Assembly (NCBI GenBank): GCA_031285625.1
Contig: JAITVV010000093.1
Coordinates: forward strand, 32,001 to 96,000
Length of the DNA: 64,000 bases
Reading direction: 5' to 3'
Origin: Prevotella sp.
GTDB taxonomy: Bacteria; Bacteroidota; Bacteroidia; Bacteroidales; Dysgonomonadaceae
Shown here: piece by piece, positions 1 through 10,763 of the stretch
Position numbering within the stretch: the first letter of the stretch is position 1
Layout of the letters: every line of letters starts with the position of its first letter
The notes under the pieces: generated by a model
What the model was told of the DNA's origin: nothing
What the model saw: the letters and a program-made list of their open reading frames with translations, nothing else
Databases searched by the model: none
Position numbers and translations under genes: made by a program

Positions 1-1061
1 TTGTGTTCTTGTGAGAAGTTGTTGTCTTTATATATTTCTGAGTACCAGTCTGTATTAGCATATGCAGCCGTAAAAGGATCTCCTGCCGGTTTACCCCAAA
101 TATTTCCATCAGTAGGAAGTCCACCTTTACTTCCTCCGCCTTTTGCCTGAAAATCGAGCATCTGTTGCATAACATCATCAGAGAAAACTGTTCCCCAGCC
201 AACCCCTTTAGCTGCTGCATTAAAGTAATTGGCGAAGGTGTATGAATCCATCATTTCCGGTAGGTTGATCGGGCTACTTATGCGGAAATTGTTATTGTAA
301 TTAATAGAAGTCTGACCTGATTTTCCTTTTTTTGTAGTTATCAGAATAACACCAAAAGGAGCGCGTGAACCATAAATAGAGGAGGCTGCAGCATCCTTCA
401 GTACTGATATATTTTCTATATCCTGCGGATTAATAGTATTTATATCACCTTCCATACCATCAATCAACACTAGTGGTGAACCGCTGGAGCCATCCCCAAT
501 GGTGCCTACACCACGAATATTTATGCTCATATCTTTATCGAGAGCCCCGTTATTGGTCGAAATCTGTAATCCGGGAACAAGGCCTTGTAGAGCTTGTGTG
601 GCATTCGTTACAGGGCGGGATTCCAGATCTTTAGCAGTTGCTATACCGACTGATCCGGTCAGATTTACTTTCTTTTGAGTTGAGAATCCAACAACAACTA
701 TTTCATCCAATATTTCAGAATTTTCTTCCATCCTGATATTTAAATGAGTTTGGTTAGTGATCCCCACTTCCTGAGATTTATATCCCACATAAGAAAATAC
801 TAATGTAGTTCCGGATGAAACTTGAGATAATGTGTATTTTCCATCCACATCTGTTAGTGTACCTGATGTCGTTCCTTTTACTGCTACAGAAACTCCAATC
901 AGGTTTTCTCCAGTATTACTGTCAGTTACAGTACCTGATATGGACATTCTCTGTGCCCAGATGTTTGTAGAAGTAACTAAAGTTAGGATCAACAAGAAAA
1001 ATGTTTTGAAGGTGGCTTTTGGGAATATCCCACCTTTCTTTTTTGATTTTTTTTTCTTCAT
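1..1061 (-). CDS. susC: SusC/RagA family TonB-dependent transporter, N-terminal part (runs off the left edge)
   Basis: Not in the ORF track. Manual translation from ATG at 1061 gives MKKKKSKK...IWAQRMSISGTVTDSNTGENLIGVSVAVKGTTSGTLTDVDGKY...FSYVGYK...LDEIVVVGFSTQKKVNLTGSV...PLVLIDG...INPQDIENISVLKDAAASSIYGSRAPFGVILITTKKG, the classic SusC N-terminal and plug motifs. Confidence 0.95.
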   Translation of the reverse strand, partial: MKKKKSKKKGGIFPKATFKTFFLLILTLVTSTNIWAQRMSISGTVTDSNTGENLIGVSVAVKGTTSGTLTDVDGKYTLSQVSSGTTLVFSYVGYKSQEVGITNQTHLNIRMEENSEILDEIVVVGFSTQKKVNLTGSVGIATAKDLESRPVTNATQALQGLVPGLQISTNNGALDKDMSINIRGVGTIGDGSSGSPLVLIDGMEGDINTINPQDIENISVLKDAAASSIYGSRAPFGVILITTKKGKSGQTSINYNNNFRISSPINLPEMMDSYTFANYFNAAAKGVGWGTVFSDDVMQQMLDFQAKGGGSKGGLPTDGNIWGKPAGDPFTAAYANTDWYSEIYKDNNFSQEH

Positions 1062-1145
1062 AGTAAGAAATGATTAAATGGTGATTAACTTCATGGTAAC
1101 ATATTACGCCCAATAGTATCAGTTTTTGGTAACATGTTTTGTGTT

Positions 1146-1216
1146 GTACAAATGTGATAATATTGGAAGTAAAACAGGGGGTACAAATGTTTCAAATTAG
1201 TACTACAAAAAGATCA
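1146..1216 (-). promoter_or_regulatory. Putative susC promoter with HTCS-type direct-repeat operator
   Basis: TACAAATGTTTCA (1182-1194) and TACAAAAAGATCA (1204-1216) repeat at 22-bp spacing, upstream of a CACATTTG -7-like box on the minus strand (1149-1156). Direct repeats about two helical turns apart are typical of Bacteroidetes HTCS sites. Confidence 0.55.
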
Positions 1217-1379
1217 TTTTATTAATAATTATAATAATTATTTTATTTAAGTATGTGTATATAAGTGTGTTGTTATTTTAAGTGTATATTTTATACTTTT
1301 TGAGTAAAGATTCAGAAATAGTGGTAATTTTTTTGTAGATTCGCATTATATTATTTTTTGCTAGTACTAAAGAAACACC

Positions 1380-4300
1380 ATGAAAAAGATTATAATTATT
1401 TTCTTTATTATATATCGTTGTTCCATCCTGTCAGCTCAAAATATTACAATCAATCCTATATCAATAAATGATCAGCTTCCATCTACTACTGTTCAGCGAA
1501 TATTTCAGGATAAAGGTGGTTTTATATGGTTTGGTACACCTGATGGTCTATGCCGTTATGACGGATACAGAATAATAGAGATGCGTTCCAAATTCAATAA
1601 GAACAACTTATTAAAAAGTAATGAGATTACATGTTTTACCGAAAGTGATGATTATTTGTGGATAGGAACTAAAGCCGGAATTAATATTATAAATAAAAGG
1701 AGTTATCAAATTATTCCTTTTAATGATGATCGGGTAAATAATGTAGAGATCAAATGTTTACTTACCACAACGGATGGTTATGTTTGGATAGGTGCTAATA
1801 ACCGTTTATTCAAATATGATTCGAAATTAAACTATATAAGAGATTATTCGGATGTAATTCCCATTCATGGTATTAATTCACTGTATGAGGATGTAGATAA
1901 AAATCTATGGGTAACAATCTGGGAAAATGGATTATATAAATATGATCTGGAGAAGGATACATTTCTCAGATATCCTTCTGTAGGAAATAAAAACAATCCT
2001 TTCAAAATATTTCAGGATAAACAAAGACGATACTGGATTTGTACATGGGGAGAAGGAGTCTTTCACTTTTATCCTGATATAGACAATGCAGGTAAATCAA
2101 TATATATTCATCAAAAAATACAGAATAAGGATGGAATAATTAAAGAAGACACATTTTTTAGTGTCGTTCAAGATGATAAATATGGGTACATCTGGTTTGT
2201 ATCGATATCTGGGATATATGCCTGCAAATATAGAAATGATAAAATATTGGAAGCTGCAAACCTTTCTCATCTATTCAAAGACTCAAACAATATTTTCAGT
2301 GAAATAATCAAAGACAATTCGGGAAACTTGTGGGTGGGTACATTTAGTGAAGGTGTATTAAATATCAATTTTGATATGCCTGTTATTAATAACTTTGCAC
2401 TTTCTTCAATCAAACAAAAGACAGGGATTACCCCCAATATTACTAAACTTTTTGTTGACAAAAAAGGAATTGTATGGGTTAATCAGAATCGTAAAGGTTT
2501 GGTTATTTTCAATGCATCTAATGGAAATATAAGCTATTATGAAGATATAGCAGCCTTAAAAGATATCACGGGGCTTAATGTTGTAAGTTGTATTTTGGGA
2601 TTAAGTCTTTATCCTGATAATATATGGATAGGATCTGAAAATGAGCCATCAATATATATAGTGAAAAGAGATAATACAGGTATCTCTGTAGAAAAAAAGA
2701 TTGATTTATCTGAAAATAGTGATTATTCGGGAAATCCACGAAAGTTTTATGAAGATAGCCGAAATAATATGTGGATTATTACAACCAATGGGCTATTTGT
2801 TAAACCAGTAAGAAAAGAAGAGGTTGAACATGTGAATTTTGACTTTGGATCAATAAGTGATATAACAGATGATGTAGATGGAAACATATGGATAAGCTCA
2901 AGAAATAAAGGTATTTATAAAATTAAACTGCAGGGAAATTCATCTGTGCAAAATGAACAGATTGTGAATTATACTACAGAATCGGGCTTAAATATTACTA
3001 ATATAGAAGCTATAGCTAGTGATAAAATAGGACAAATCTGGATTGGGACAAAACTTGGTAATATCGCATCATATGATGTTAAAAAGAATGAGTTTAAGGA
3101 AAAAACGGAGATAGTAGGAATGACAGGAGAAGCTATTCTAGATATTCTAGTCGATGATTACGGACATATCTGGATTTCGACTAATAAACGAGTAGTAGAA
3201 TATAATCCGGATAATAATGCTTCCAGATATTATACTTCGTCCGATGGAGTTCTGGTAAATGCTTTTGCTCAGGGATCTTATTTTAAAAATAGTTCCGGAG
3301 AAATATATTTTGGAGGAAATAAGGGCATCTCTGTGTTCCAATCATCAAATAAATTATCAGAAATACCTTTAAAAAAGAAGACGTTTATAACAGATGTTAA
3401 AATTAATAATAAATCGGTATTTGAGAGCGGTAATAATCAATTTGATGTTGTTGAGCAATCAATAATTCTAAATCCGAATGATAAAAATATAGAATTTGAC
3501 TTTTCATCATTAGACTATACTTTTCCTAATAAAATAAGATATGCCTATAAAATGGAAGGGGTCGATGATGACTGGATTTTCACTGAAGAAAAATATCAGT
3601 TTGCCATCTACAACCAATTAAAAAAAGGTAATTATACTTTTCTGATCAAGTCTACAGATGAAAACAGGTTGTGGAGCAGTGAAATTTCTAAAGTGAAAAT
3701 ATACAAACTACCAGCATTTTATGAAACCTGGTGGGCATATTGTATATATTTCATTCTTTTGTTAGGGATAGCATGGTTTGTTTATAAGACAATTAAAAAT
3801 CGTATCATATTGCGTAATAATCTGAAAATAGCACAGATAGAAAAAGAAAAATCAGAAGAATTAACTCAAACAAAACTCAAATATTTCACCAATATTTCAC
3901 ATGATTTTCTTACGCCCCTGACTATTTTATCTTGTTTGATTGATGATGCAGAAATAACATATAATGGTCAGATTAATCAATTTAGATCGATGCGGTCTAA
4001 TATTAATCGTTTGAAACGTTTGTTGCAGCAAGTTCTGGATTTTAGAAAAATAGAAAGTGGCAATATGAAACTTAAAGTTTCAAAAGGAGATATTGCAGTT
4101 TTTATTCAGGAATTATGCTTTAGTAGTTTTTTACCTTTGATGAGAAAGAAAAATATAGATTTCACATTTAACACATCTTCTCCCCATATCGAAGCTTACT
4201 TTGATGCAGATAAAGTAGATAAGATTATTTACAATTTATTGTCAAATGCCTGTAAATATACTTCTGAAAATGGTCTGGTTAAAATTGATTTATTGGAATC

Positions 4301-5411
4301 TGAAAATGATAATTGTGTAAAAATTAGGGTAAGCGATACAGGGGTTGGAGTTTCGACGGAAGATTTATCGAATATTTTTACACGTTTCTATTCTAATAAA
4401 ATAAATAAATCAAACGAATCTAATGGTATAGGCCTGAACCTTACTAAAGATTTGGTAGAAATTCATAAAGGAACTATATCTGCTGAGAGTGAAGTGGGTA
4501 AAGGCTCTGTATTTACAGTGACTATACCGATTGATATTAATAGTTATGATGAAGATGATATAGCCGATTTATCAATGATCCAAAAAAAGAGTATTGATAT
4601 ATTATCAAATACGATTATTGAAGAGGGATCTATGTCCTCAATAGAAACTGATATAAATATTTTATTAGTGGAAGACAATGAGGAACTCTTGCAACTGATG
4701 AAAAATATTTTAACTAAACATTATAATATTATAATATCACGTAATGGGCTGGAAGCATTAGAACTAGTTAAATGTAATAAAATAGATATTATAATTAGCG
4801 ATGTTATGATGCCTAAAATGGATGGTCTGGAACTTTGCCGGAAAATGAAAAAAAACATAGAAACCAGCCATATCCCTATAATCTTATTGACAGCAAAAAA
4901 TAATACCGAAGATCGTATCGAATGTTATAATGCCGGTGCGGATGGATATATTACAAAACCTTTCGACTTGAAAGTCCTGGAAGCTCGTATAAACAATTTT
5001 ATATCGACAAAAAAGAATCAGCAAAGAGAGTTTAGATCAGATATTAAAATTAATCTTTCCACGCTCGAATTCCCTTCCATTGATGAGCAATTTCTTAATA
5101 ATGCCATAAAAATCATTGAAGATAATTTATTGGAACCGGGTTTTGATGTTCTCATCTTCTCAAAAAAATTGAATATGTCCAAGTCTTCATTATATCGCAA
5201 ACTAAAGACAATGACCGGCTTGTCAGCGAACGATTTTATTCGCAATATAAGGTTGAAACGAGCTTGTGTATTGCTAAATAGTAAAACAGCATCTATATCA
5301 GAGATTGCATATTCTGTAGGGTTCTCAGATCCTAAATATTTTAGTCTGTGCTTTAAAAATGAATTTAATATGACTCCCTCTGAATTTCAAAAGAGAAGAT
5401 CAGCAACCTGA
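1380..5411 (+). CDS. Hybrid two-component system sensor kinase/response regulator (beta-propeller, Y_Y_Y, HisKA, HATPase, REC, AraC HTH)
   Basis: Repeated DxxGxxWIGT propeller motifs, YAYKMEG Y_Y_Y domain, TM PAFYETWWAY, H-box FTNISHDFLTPL, G-boxes DTGVG and GIGL, REC IISDVMMPKMDG, C-terminal AraC EIAYSVGFSDPKYFS. Confidence 0.97.
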   Translation: MKKIIIIFFIIYRCSILSAQNITINPISINDQLPSTTVQRIFQDKGGFIWFGTPDGLCRYDGYRIIEMRSKFNKNNLLKSNEITCFTESDDYLWIGTKAGINIINKRSYQIIPFNDDRVNNVEIKCLLTTTDGYVWIGANNRLFKYDSKLNYIRDYSDVIPIHGINSLYEDVDKNLWVTIWENGLYKYDLEKDTFLRYPSVGNKNNPFKIFQDKQRRYWICTWGEGVFHFYPDIDNAGKSIYIHQKIQNKDGIIKEDTFFSVVQDDKYGYIWFVSISGIYACKYRNDKILEAANLSHLFKDSNNIFSEIIKDNSGNLWVGTFSEGVLNINFDMPVINNFALSSIKQKTGITPNITKLFVDKKGIVWVNQNRKGLVIFNASNGNISYYEDIAALKDITGLNVVSCILGLSLYPDNIWIGSENEPSIYIVKRDNTGISVEKKIDLSENSDYSGNPRKFYEDSRNNMWIITTNGLFVKPVRKEEVEHVNFDFGSISDITDDVDGNIWISSRNKGIYKIKLQGNSSVQNEQIVNYTTESGLNITNIEAIASDKIGQIWIGTKLGNIASYDVKKNEFKEKTEIVGMTGEAILDILVDDYGHIWISTNKRVVEYNPDNNASRYYTSSDGVLVNAFAQGSYFKNSSGEIYFGGNKGISVFQSSNKLSEIPLKKKTFITDVKINNKSVFESGNNQFDVVEQSIILNPNDKNIEFDFSSLDYTFPNKIRYAYKMEGVDDDWIFTEEKYQFAIYNQLKKGNYTFLIKSTDENRLWSSEISKVKIYKLPAFYETWWAYCIYFILLLGIAWFVYKTIKNRIILRNNLKIAQIEKEKSEELTQTKLKYFTNISHDFLTPLTILSCLIDDAEITYNGQINQFRSMRSNINRLKRLLQQVLDFRKIESGNMKLKVSKGDIAVFIQELCFSSFLPLMRKKNIDFTFNTSSPHIEAYFDADKVDKIIYNLLSNACKYTSENGLVKIDLLESENDNCVKIRVSDTGVGVSTEDLSNIFTRFYSNKINKSNESNGIGLNLTKDLVEIHKGTISAESEVGKGSVFTVTIPIDINSYDEDDIADLSMIQKKSIDILSNTIIEEGSMSSIETDINILLVEDNEELLQLMKNILTKHYNIIISRNGLEALELVKCNKIDIIISDVMMPKMDGLELCRKMKKNIETSHIPIILLTAKNNTEDRIECYNAGADGYITKPFDLKVLEARINNFISTKKNQQREFRSDIKINLSTLEFPSIDEQFLNNAIKIIEDNLLEPGFDVLIFSKKLNMSKSSLYRKLKTMTGLSANDFIRNIRLKRACVLLNSKTASISEIAYSVGFSDPKYFSLCFKNEFNMTPSEFQKRRSAT

Positions 5412-5427
5412 TATAAATGGTTGTTTC

Positions 5428-5697
5428 TTAGAATATTCCTATAAATTGGTCTTCAAGCCAGACCATCAGTATTATTAAGGCTGTAAATAATAACAAAATG
5501 ACGATGATCTTTATTGTCTCCCATTTATTTCTGAGCCATTTGAAATATCGAAAGACTAGTGGTAATTTCCACCGATCTGAGGCTGAGAATGATAATCCCA
5601 ATATAAAATTAAGAATGAAAGGCATTATTAAAAGCAGAATGATTATACCAACAACGCCCAATACTTTAACAAGAATAGATGTACTAAATAGGATCAT
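5428..5697 (-). CDS. Small hypothetical membrane protein (2 predicted TM segments)
   Basis: 89-aa ORF with two long hydrophobic stretches filling the HTCS-rho gap. No family recognised. Confidence 0.55.
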   Translation of the reverse strand: MILFSTSILVKVLGVVGIIILLLIMPFILNFILGLSFSASDRWKLPLVFRYFKWLRNKWETIKIIVILLLFTALIILMVWLEDQFIGIF

Positions 5698-5887
5698 TAA
5701 ATTATGTTTGTGTCTAAGAAATTGAAACTTGAGACAGTAAAGTTAGTAAAAGATAAGAAAATATCTTTGTAAGAATTCATAAATGTTAAAATAGAGTTGA
5801 TGTATAGCTTTTTAGTTATTAAATTATATATTTTTATATGATAATAGGTAATAAATAGATTAGATATTGCAAAATTAATTTCTTTTA

Positions 5888-6159
5888 TTATCTTTGCACG
5901 AGTTTTGCACGGAACTGTTTAATTTTTATTTACAGTACAAGAAAATCAGAGAAGGAATTCCTTCAAAGTATAAAGGTTTTGCTAATAGGGTTAAACTCTT
6001 TAAAGAACCGATAGAACAAACTATTAGACCTTAGATAATAACCTTTAATTATTATCTTCTTTTAATATTAGATCCATAAAATATTATATAAGTTTAATTA
6101 CAAGGCTTTGCCCTATTCATGTGAATTTCATAAATCAATATAATTAATATAGATATACA
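5888..6159 (+). promoter_or_regulatory. rho promoter (TATCTTTG -7 box) and about 260-nt structured leader
   Basis: TATCTTTGCA at about 5889-5898 fits the Bacteroidetes TAnnTTTG box. Several inverted repeats lie in 5951-6064. Confidence 0.55.
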
Positions 6160-8010
6160 ATGCGTATATACAACATTCTTGAGCTTAATGAAAAGCTCAC
6201 AATAGAACTAAGAACTATCGCTAAAGAACTTGGCATAAGACGCCCAGATGCCTATAAGAAAGATGAGTTAATCTACAAAATCCTTGATGAACAAGCTATC
6301 TTAGAAGCTAAAAACAAAAACTCTGAAAGCTATCAGAGTGAAGATAGAATAGAACAACAGCAGAAAAAATCTTATTCTGCAAAGAATAAGCAGGAAAAAC
6401 AAAAAAATACACCTCCTGCAAAAAAACAAACAACACCAGCACCAGCGACTACTGTAGCTCCTAAAGCTAAAGAAGCTGAAGTTAAGCCTAAAGCTCCAGA
6501 GGTAAAAAAAGAAGTTAAAGCAGAAGCTCCAGTAGAGGTTAAAGCTGATACACCGACTCCAACAGAGAAAAAAGCTCAAAAAGAGATCGTTGTAAAGAAA
6601 CCGAATACAGAAGAAAAAGAAATTAAACCAGCAGCTGATATAAAGCAACAACCTACAGTTGTGAAACCAACTCAGTTGGTATTTCGTTCCAATAAGGTAC
6701 GCGAGCCACAACCGGAAGAAACAGTGCCTGGACTACCTTTGCTATCTCCATTAGAAGTTGATTCGGAAGTTACTCCTGTAGAGGTAGCTCCGGAACCCCA
6801 GCCTAAAGCGCCTAAAGCTCAGCATCAGAATAATCAAAATCAGAACCATAACCAGAAGCAAAACAATCAATCTCAGGAGAAACCTTTTGATTTTGAAGGT
6901 ATTCTGTCTGCAACAGGAGTTCTTGAGATAATGCAGGAAGGCTATGGTTTCTTACGTTCATCTGATTATAATTACATGTCATCGCCAGATGATATTTATA
7001 TATCTCAGTCACAGATTCGTTTGTTTGGTCTGAAAACGGGCGACATCGTAGAAGGTCCGATCCGTCCGCCAAAAGAATCGGAGAAGTTTTTCCCATTAGT
7101 AAAGGTTGACAGAATCAATGGGCGCACTCCGGATGAGGTTCGCGACCGTGTTCCATTTGATCACTTAAAACCTTTATTCCCCGATGAGAAATTTAAATTA
7201 ACAAAAGGTAGGAATGACAGCCTTTCCAGCCGTGTTGTCGATTTATTTTCTCCAATTGGTAAAGGACAACGTGGGCTTATTGTTGCTCAACCTAAAACAG
7301 GTAAAACAACATTGCTGAAAGATATAGCAAATGCCATAGCAAGTAATCATCCTGAAGTATATATGATTGTACTTCTTATAGATGAACGTCCTGAAGAGGT
7401 TACAGATATGGAGCGTAGTGTAAATGCGGAAGTTATTGCTTCTACATTTGATGAACCGGCAGATCGTCATGTGAAAATAGCGGAAATTGTTTTGAATAAA
7501 GCTAAACGTATGGTAGAATGCGGACATGACGTTGTTATATTGCTTGACTCAATAACACGTCTTGCCCGTGCATATAATACAGTACAACCTGCATCAGGAA
7601 AGGTGCTTACGGGTGGGGTAGATGCTAATGCATTACATAAGCCTAAACGTTTCTTTGGTGCTGCCCGTAATATTGAGAACGGAGGTTCGCTTACAATAAT
7701 AGCTACAGCATTGACCGAAACAGGTTCTAAAATGGATGATGTTATCTTTGAAGAATTTAAAGGTACCGGTAATATGGAGCTTCAGCTTGACCGTAAACTG
7801 TCGAACAAACGCATATTCCCTGCAGTGGATATTATTGCTTCAAGTACGCGTCGCGATGACTTGTTGCTTGACAATGATACGCTTAGCAGAATGTGGGTTC
7901 TGCGTAATTTCTTATCGGATATGAATTCGGTAGAAGCTATGCAATTCCTTGAAAGCAGATTAAGGAAAACTGTAAATAATGAAGAATTCCTTATTTCGAT
8001 GAATGACTAA
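6160..8010 (+). CDS. rho: Transcription termination factor Rho with a long N-terminal disordered insertion
   Basis: [18 protein letters not shown]-binding motif, [23 protein letters not shown] Walker [29 protein letters not shown]. Confidence 0.99.
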   Translation: MRIYNILELNEKLTIELRTIAKELGIRRPDAYKKDELIYKILDEQAILEAKNKNSESYQSEDRIEQQQKKSYSAKNKQEKQKNTPPAKKQTTPAPATTVAPKAKEAEVKPKAPEVKKEVKAEAPVEVKADTPTPTEKKAQKEIVVKKPNTEEKEIKPAADIKQQPTVVKPTQLVFRSNKVREPQPEETVPGLPLLSPLEVDSEVTPVEVAPEPQPKAPKAQHQNNQNQNHNQKQNNQSQEKPFDFEGILSATGVLEIMQEGYGFLRSSDYNYMSSPDDIYISQSQIRLFGLKTGDIVEGPIRPPKESEKFFPLVKVDRINGRTPDEVRDRVPFDHLKPLFPDEKFKLTKGRNDSLSSRVVDLFSPIGKGQRGLIVAQPKTGKTTLLKDIANAIASNHPEVYMIVLLIDERPEEVTDMERSVNAEVIASTFDEPADRHVKIAEIVLNKAKRMVECGHDVVILLDSITRLARAYNTVQPASGKVLTGGVDANALHKPKRFFGAARNIENGGSLTIIATALTETGSKMDDVIFEEFKGTGNMELQLDRKLSNKRIFPAVDIIASSTRRDDLLLDNDTLSRMWVLRNFLSDMNSVEAMQFLESRLRKTVNNEEFLISMND

Positions 8011-8041
8011 TTAACGAGAATTTAGTATTTTACATATTGAT

Positions 8042-8078
8042 AGCAAGGGAAAAAGTTATAACTTTACCCTTGCTTTTT
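8042..8078 (+). terminator. Intrinsic terminator after rho
   Basis: AGCAAGGG...CCCTTGCT stem followed by a T run. Confidence 0.75.
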
Positions 8079-8106
8079 ATTTTTAATAATTCTAAATAAT
8101 AATCTC

Positions 8107-9048
8107 ATGGGAAATAGTCATGACGATCATAAAAATGGTCATGAACACTCACATGGACATAATCATAATCATGTTCATAATGCCAATAAAAAGGCATTAA
8201 CTATCAGCTTCTTCCTTATAGCTGGATTCATGTTTGTTGAATTTATCGGAGGGTACTTGACAAATAGTTTAGCTTTGATCTCTGATGCAGGGCATATGTT
8301 AAGTGATGCTGTTGCGTTAGGTTTGAGTCTTAGTGCATTAATATTCGGAGCAAGAGCCGCTACTTCTTCCAAAACATATGGTTATAAACGCTTTGAAATA
8401 CTTGCAGCCTTACTAAATGGAATTGTGCTTGTATTATTGTCTATATTCATATTTAAGGAGGCTATCGAGCGATTGTCATCTCCTCCACATGTTATCGGAA
8501 GGGGAATGATGATTATCTCTATTGTTGGACTGGTAATCAATATTATAGTGGCATATATTCTGCATTCTCAGGGATCTACAAAAGAAAATTTGAATGTGAG
8601 AAGTGCTTTTTTGCATGTAATCGGTGATTTGCTTGGTTCTGTAGGTGCAATTATCGCTGCTATATTAATTATGCTATTCGGTTGGTATATTGCAGACCCT
8701 ATAGCAAGTATGATTGTCTCCTTACTGGTATTGTATAGCGGTTGGAATGTACTTAAAGAATCCGTAAATATTCTGATGGAAGCCAAGCCTTCTAATATTG
8801 ATTCGGAGCAGGTAATAAGTATCTTAAAGTCTATAGATGGGGTAGAGGATATCCATGACTTACATATATGGATGATTACATCTGATTTTTCAGTTATGAC
8901 CGTTCATCTGAAAGTAAGGACAGAGTCGGATAGAGACATAATACTGGAAAAAGCTAAACGATCAATAAGTAAGGAATTTGGAATTAAACATGTTACTATT
9001 CAATTGGAGGGACGCGATATATGCCCTTATGAGGAAACATGTAATTAG
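8107..9048 (+). CDS. czcD: Cation diffusion facilitator (Zn/Co/Cd efflux, CzcD/ZitB type)
   Basis: His-rich N-terminus, SLALISDAGHMLSD, TYGYKRFEILAAL, NVRSAFLHVIGDLLGS, IHDLHIW, HVTIQLE. Confidence 0.92.
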   Translation: MGNSHDDHKNGHEHSHGHNHNHVHNANKKALTISFFLIAGFMFVEFIGGYLTNSLALISDAGHMLSDAVALGLSLSALIFGARAATSSKTYGYKRFEILAALLNGIVLVLLSIFIFKEAIERLSSPPHVIGRGMMIISIVGLVINIIVAYILHSQGSTKENLNVRSAFLHVIGDLLGSVGAIIAAILIMLFGWYIADPIASMIVSLLVLYSGWNVLKESVNILMEAKPSNIDSEQVISILKSIDGVEDIHDLHIWMITSDFSVMTVHLKVRTESDRDIILEKAKRSISKEFGIKHVTIQLEGRDICPYEETCN

Positions 9049-9203
9049 TTTCAATCTTATTTGTTTATTGAAAGGTAGAATAAAAGATAGCTTTGAACCT
9101 ATTTTTTTGGCTATAATTTATTACTCAAAAATTATATTAAAAACGCCCAGTAATAACAATAGTTTTTATACCTTTGTATCCCTAAAATACGCATAAACAC
9201 ACT

Positions 9204-10727
9204 ATGTTATCAGAGAAAAAAATAAAAACAGCTTTAGTTTCGGTTTATCACAAGGATGGATTGGATGAAATTTTAAAAAAATTAAATGAGTTAGGTGTTC
9301 GCTTTATTTCAACAGGAGGAACAAGGAATTTTATTGAATCACTAGGCTTTGCCTGTGATGCAGTAGAGGATACTACCGGTTATCCTTCTATCTTGGGTGG
9401 ACGCGTTAAAACATTACATCCTAAGATCTTTGGAGGTATTCTTTGCCGTAGAGAATTACCAGAAGATATGAAACAGATTAAAGCTTATGATATACATGAA
9501 ATAGATTTGGTTATTGTCGATTTATATCCGTTCGAGGAGACTGTTGCGTCTGGTGCTAACGAGCAGGATATTATTGAAAAAATAGATATAGGTGGAATAT
9601 CGCTTATTCGTGCAGCTGCTAAGAATTTCAAAGATGTAATGATTGTTGCATCTAAGAATCAGTATCAGCCATTGATGAACTTATTGGAGGCCAAAGGTGG
9701 TAAATCAGATATAGCAGACCGTAAATATTTTGCGAAAGAAGCATTTTCAGTTTCGTCTTCATATGATACTGCAATCTTCAATTATATGGATAATAATGAA
9801 GGATCAGCTTTCCGTTATGCAGAAGATAATGCAATGCATTTGAGATATGGAGAAAACCCTCACCAAAAAGGTACTTTCTATGGTGATTTCAATGCAATGT
9901 TTGATCAATTGCACGGTCGTGAAATTTCATATAATAACTTATTGGATATAGAAGCAGCTGTAAGTCTTATCAGCGAATTTGATGAAACAACAGTAGCTAT
10001 ATTGAAGCACAATAACGCATGCGGTATTGCTTCCCGTTCTACTGTGGTTGAAGCGTGGAAAGATGCTTTGGCCGCTGATCCGGTATCTGCTTTTGGTGGA
10101 ATTATTGTAAGCAATAAAAAAATAGACAAAGTTGCTGCTGAAGAGATAAATAATATCTTCTTCGAGATTATAATTGCTCCGGAATATGATAAAGAAGCTT
10201 TAGATATCTTAGGACAGAAGAAAAATCGTATAATACTTGTACAAAAGCAACCATTGGCAGGGGATAAACAATTCCGCTCTTTGTTGAATGGGGTTTTGGT
10301 ACAGGATAAGGATTTAAGCATACAAACAGCCTCAGACCTGAAATTGGTAACAAACAGACCATTGGAAGGAACCGAAGAAGAAGACCTTCTTTTTGCAAAT
10401 AAGTTAGTAAAGCATACAAAATCGAATGCTATTATTCTGGTAAAGAATAAGCAACTTTGTGCTGGCGGTACAGGTCAGACTTCGCGGGTAGATGCATTAA
10501 AACAAGCTATAGAAAAGGCTGATACATTTGGCTTTAGTCTTAAAGGGGCAGTTATGGCTTCCGATGCATTTTTCCCTTTCCCTGACTGTGTCGAAATAGC
10601 GGGGAATGCTGGTATTACCGCAGTGGTTCAGCCTGGAGGATCTGTTAAGGACAATCTGTCGGTAGAATATTGTAACGAACATAATATTTCTATGGTAATG
10701 ACAGGGATACGTCATTTTAAACATTAA
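9204..10727 (+). CDS. purH: Bifunctional AICAR formyltransferase/IMP cyclohydrolase
   Basis: ALVSVYHKDGL, GGRVKTLHPKIFGGIL, LRYGENPHQ, ASDAFFPF, TGIRHFKH. Confidence 0.99.
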   Translation: MLSEKKIKTALVSVYHKDGLDEILKKLNELGVRFISTGGTRNFIESLGFACDAVEDTTGYPSILGGRVKTLHPKIFGGILCRRELPEDMKQIKAYDIHEIDLVIVDLYPFEETVASGANEQDIIEKIDIGGISLIRAAAKNFKDVMIVASKNQYQPLMNLLEAKGGKSDIADRKYFAKEAFSVSSSYDTAIFNYMDNNEGSAFRYAEDNAMHLRYGENPHQKGTFYGDFNAMFDQLHGREISYNNLLDIEAAVSLISEFDETTVAILKHNNACGIASRSTVVEAWKDALAADPVSAFGGIIVSNKKIDKVAAEEINNIFFEIIIAPEYDKEALDILGQKKNRIILVQKQPLAGDKQFRSLLNGVLVQDKDLSIQTASDLKLVTNRPLEGTEEEDLLFANKLVKHTKSNAIILVKNKQLCAGGTGQTSRVDALKQAIEKADTFGFSLKGAVMASDAFFPFPDCVEIAGNAGITAVVQPGGSVKDNLSVEYCNEHNISMVMTGIRHFKH

Positions 10728-10763
10728 TGAATTGTAGGAAAATCAAAATATAAAGAATTTGAC

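Noticed and set aside
832-1113. ORF-track ORFs 832..1077 (+) and 922..1113 (-)
   Set aside because: Shadow frames of the susC gene.
1380-5411. Visibly lower GC of the HTCS gene as a sign of a mobile island
   Set aside because: No integrase, transposase or att repeats nearby; low GC is common for PUL regulators.
6301-7924. Short antisense or out-of-frame ORFs inside rho, and the many similar ones inside other long genes
   Set aside because: They overlap well-supported genes, show no recognisable motifs and reflect codon bias of the real strand.
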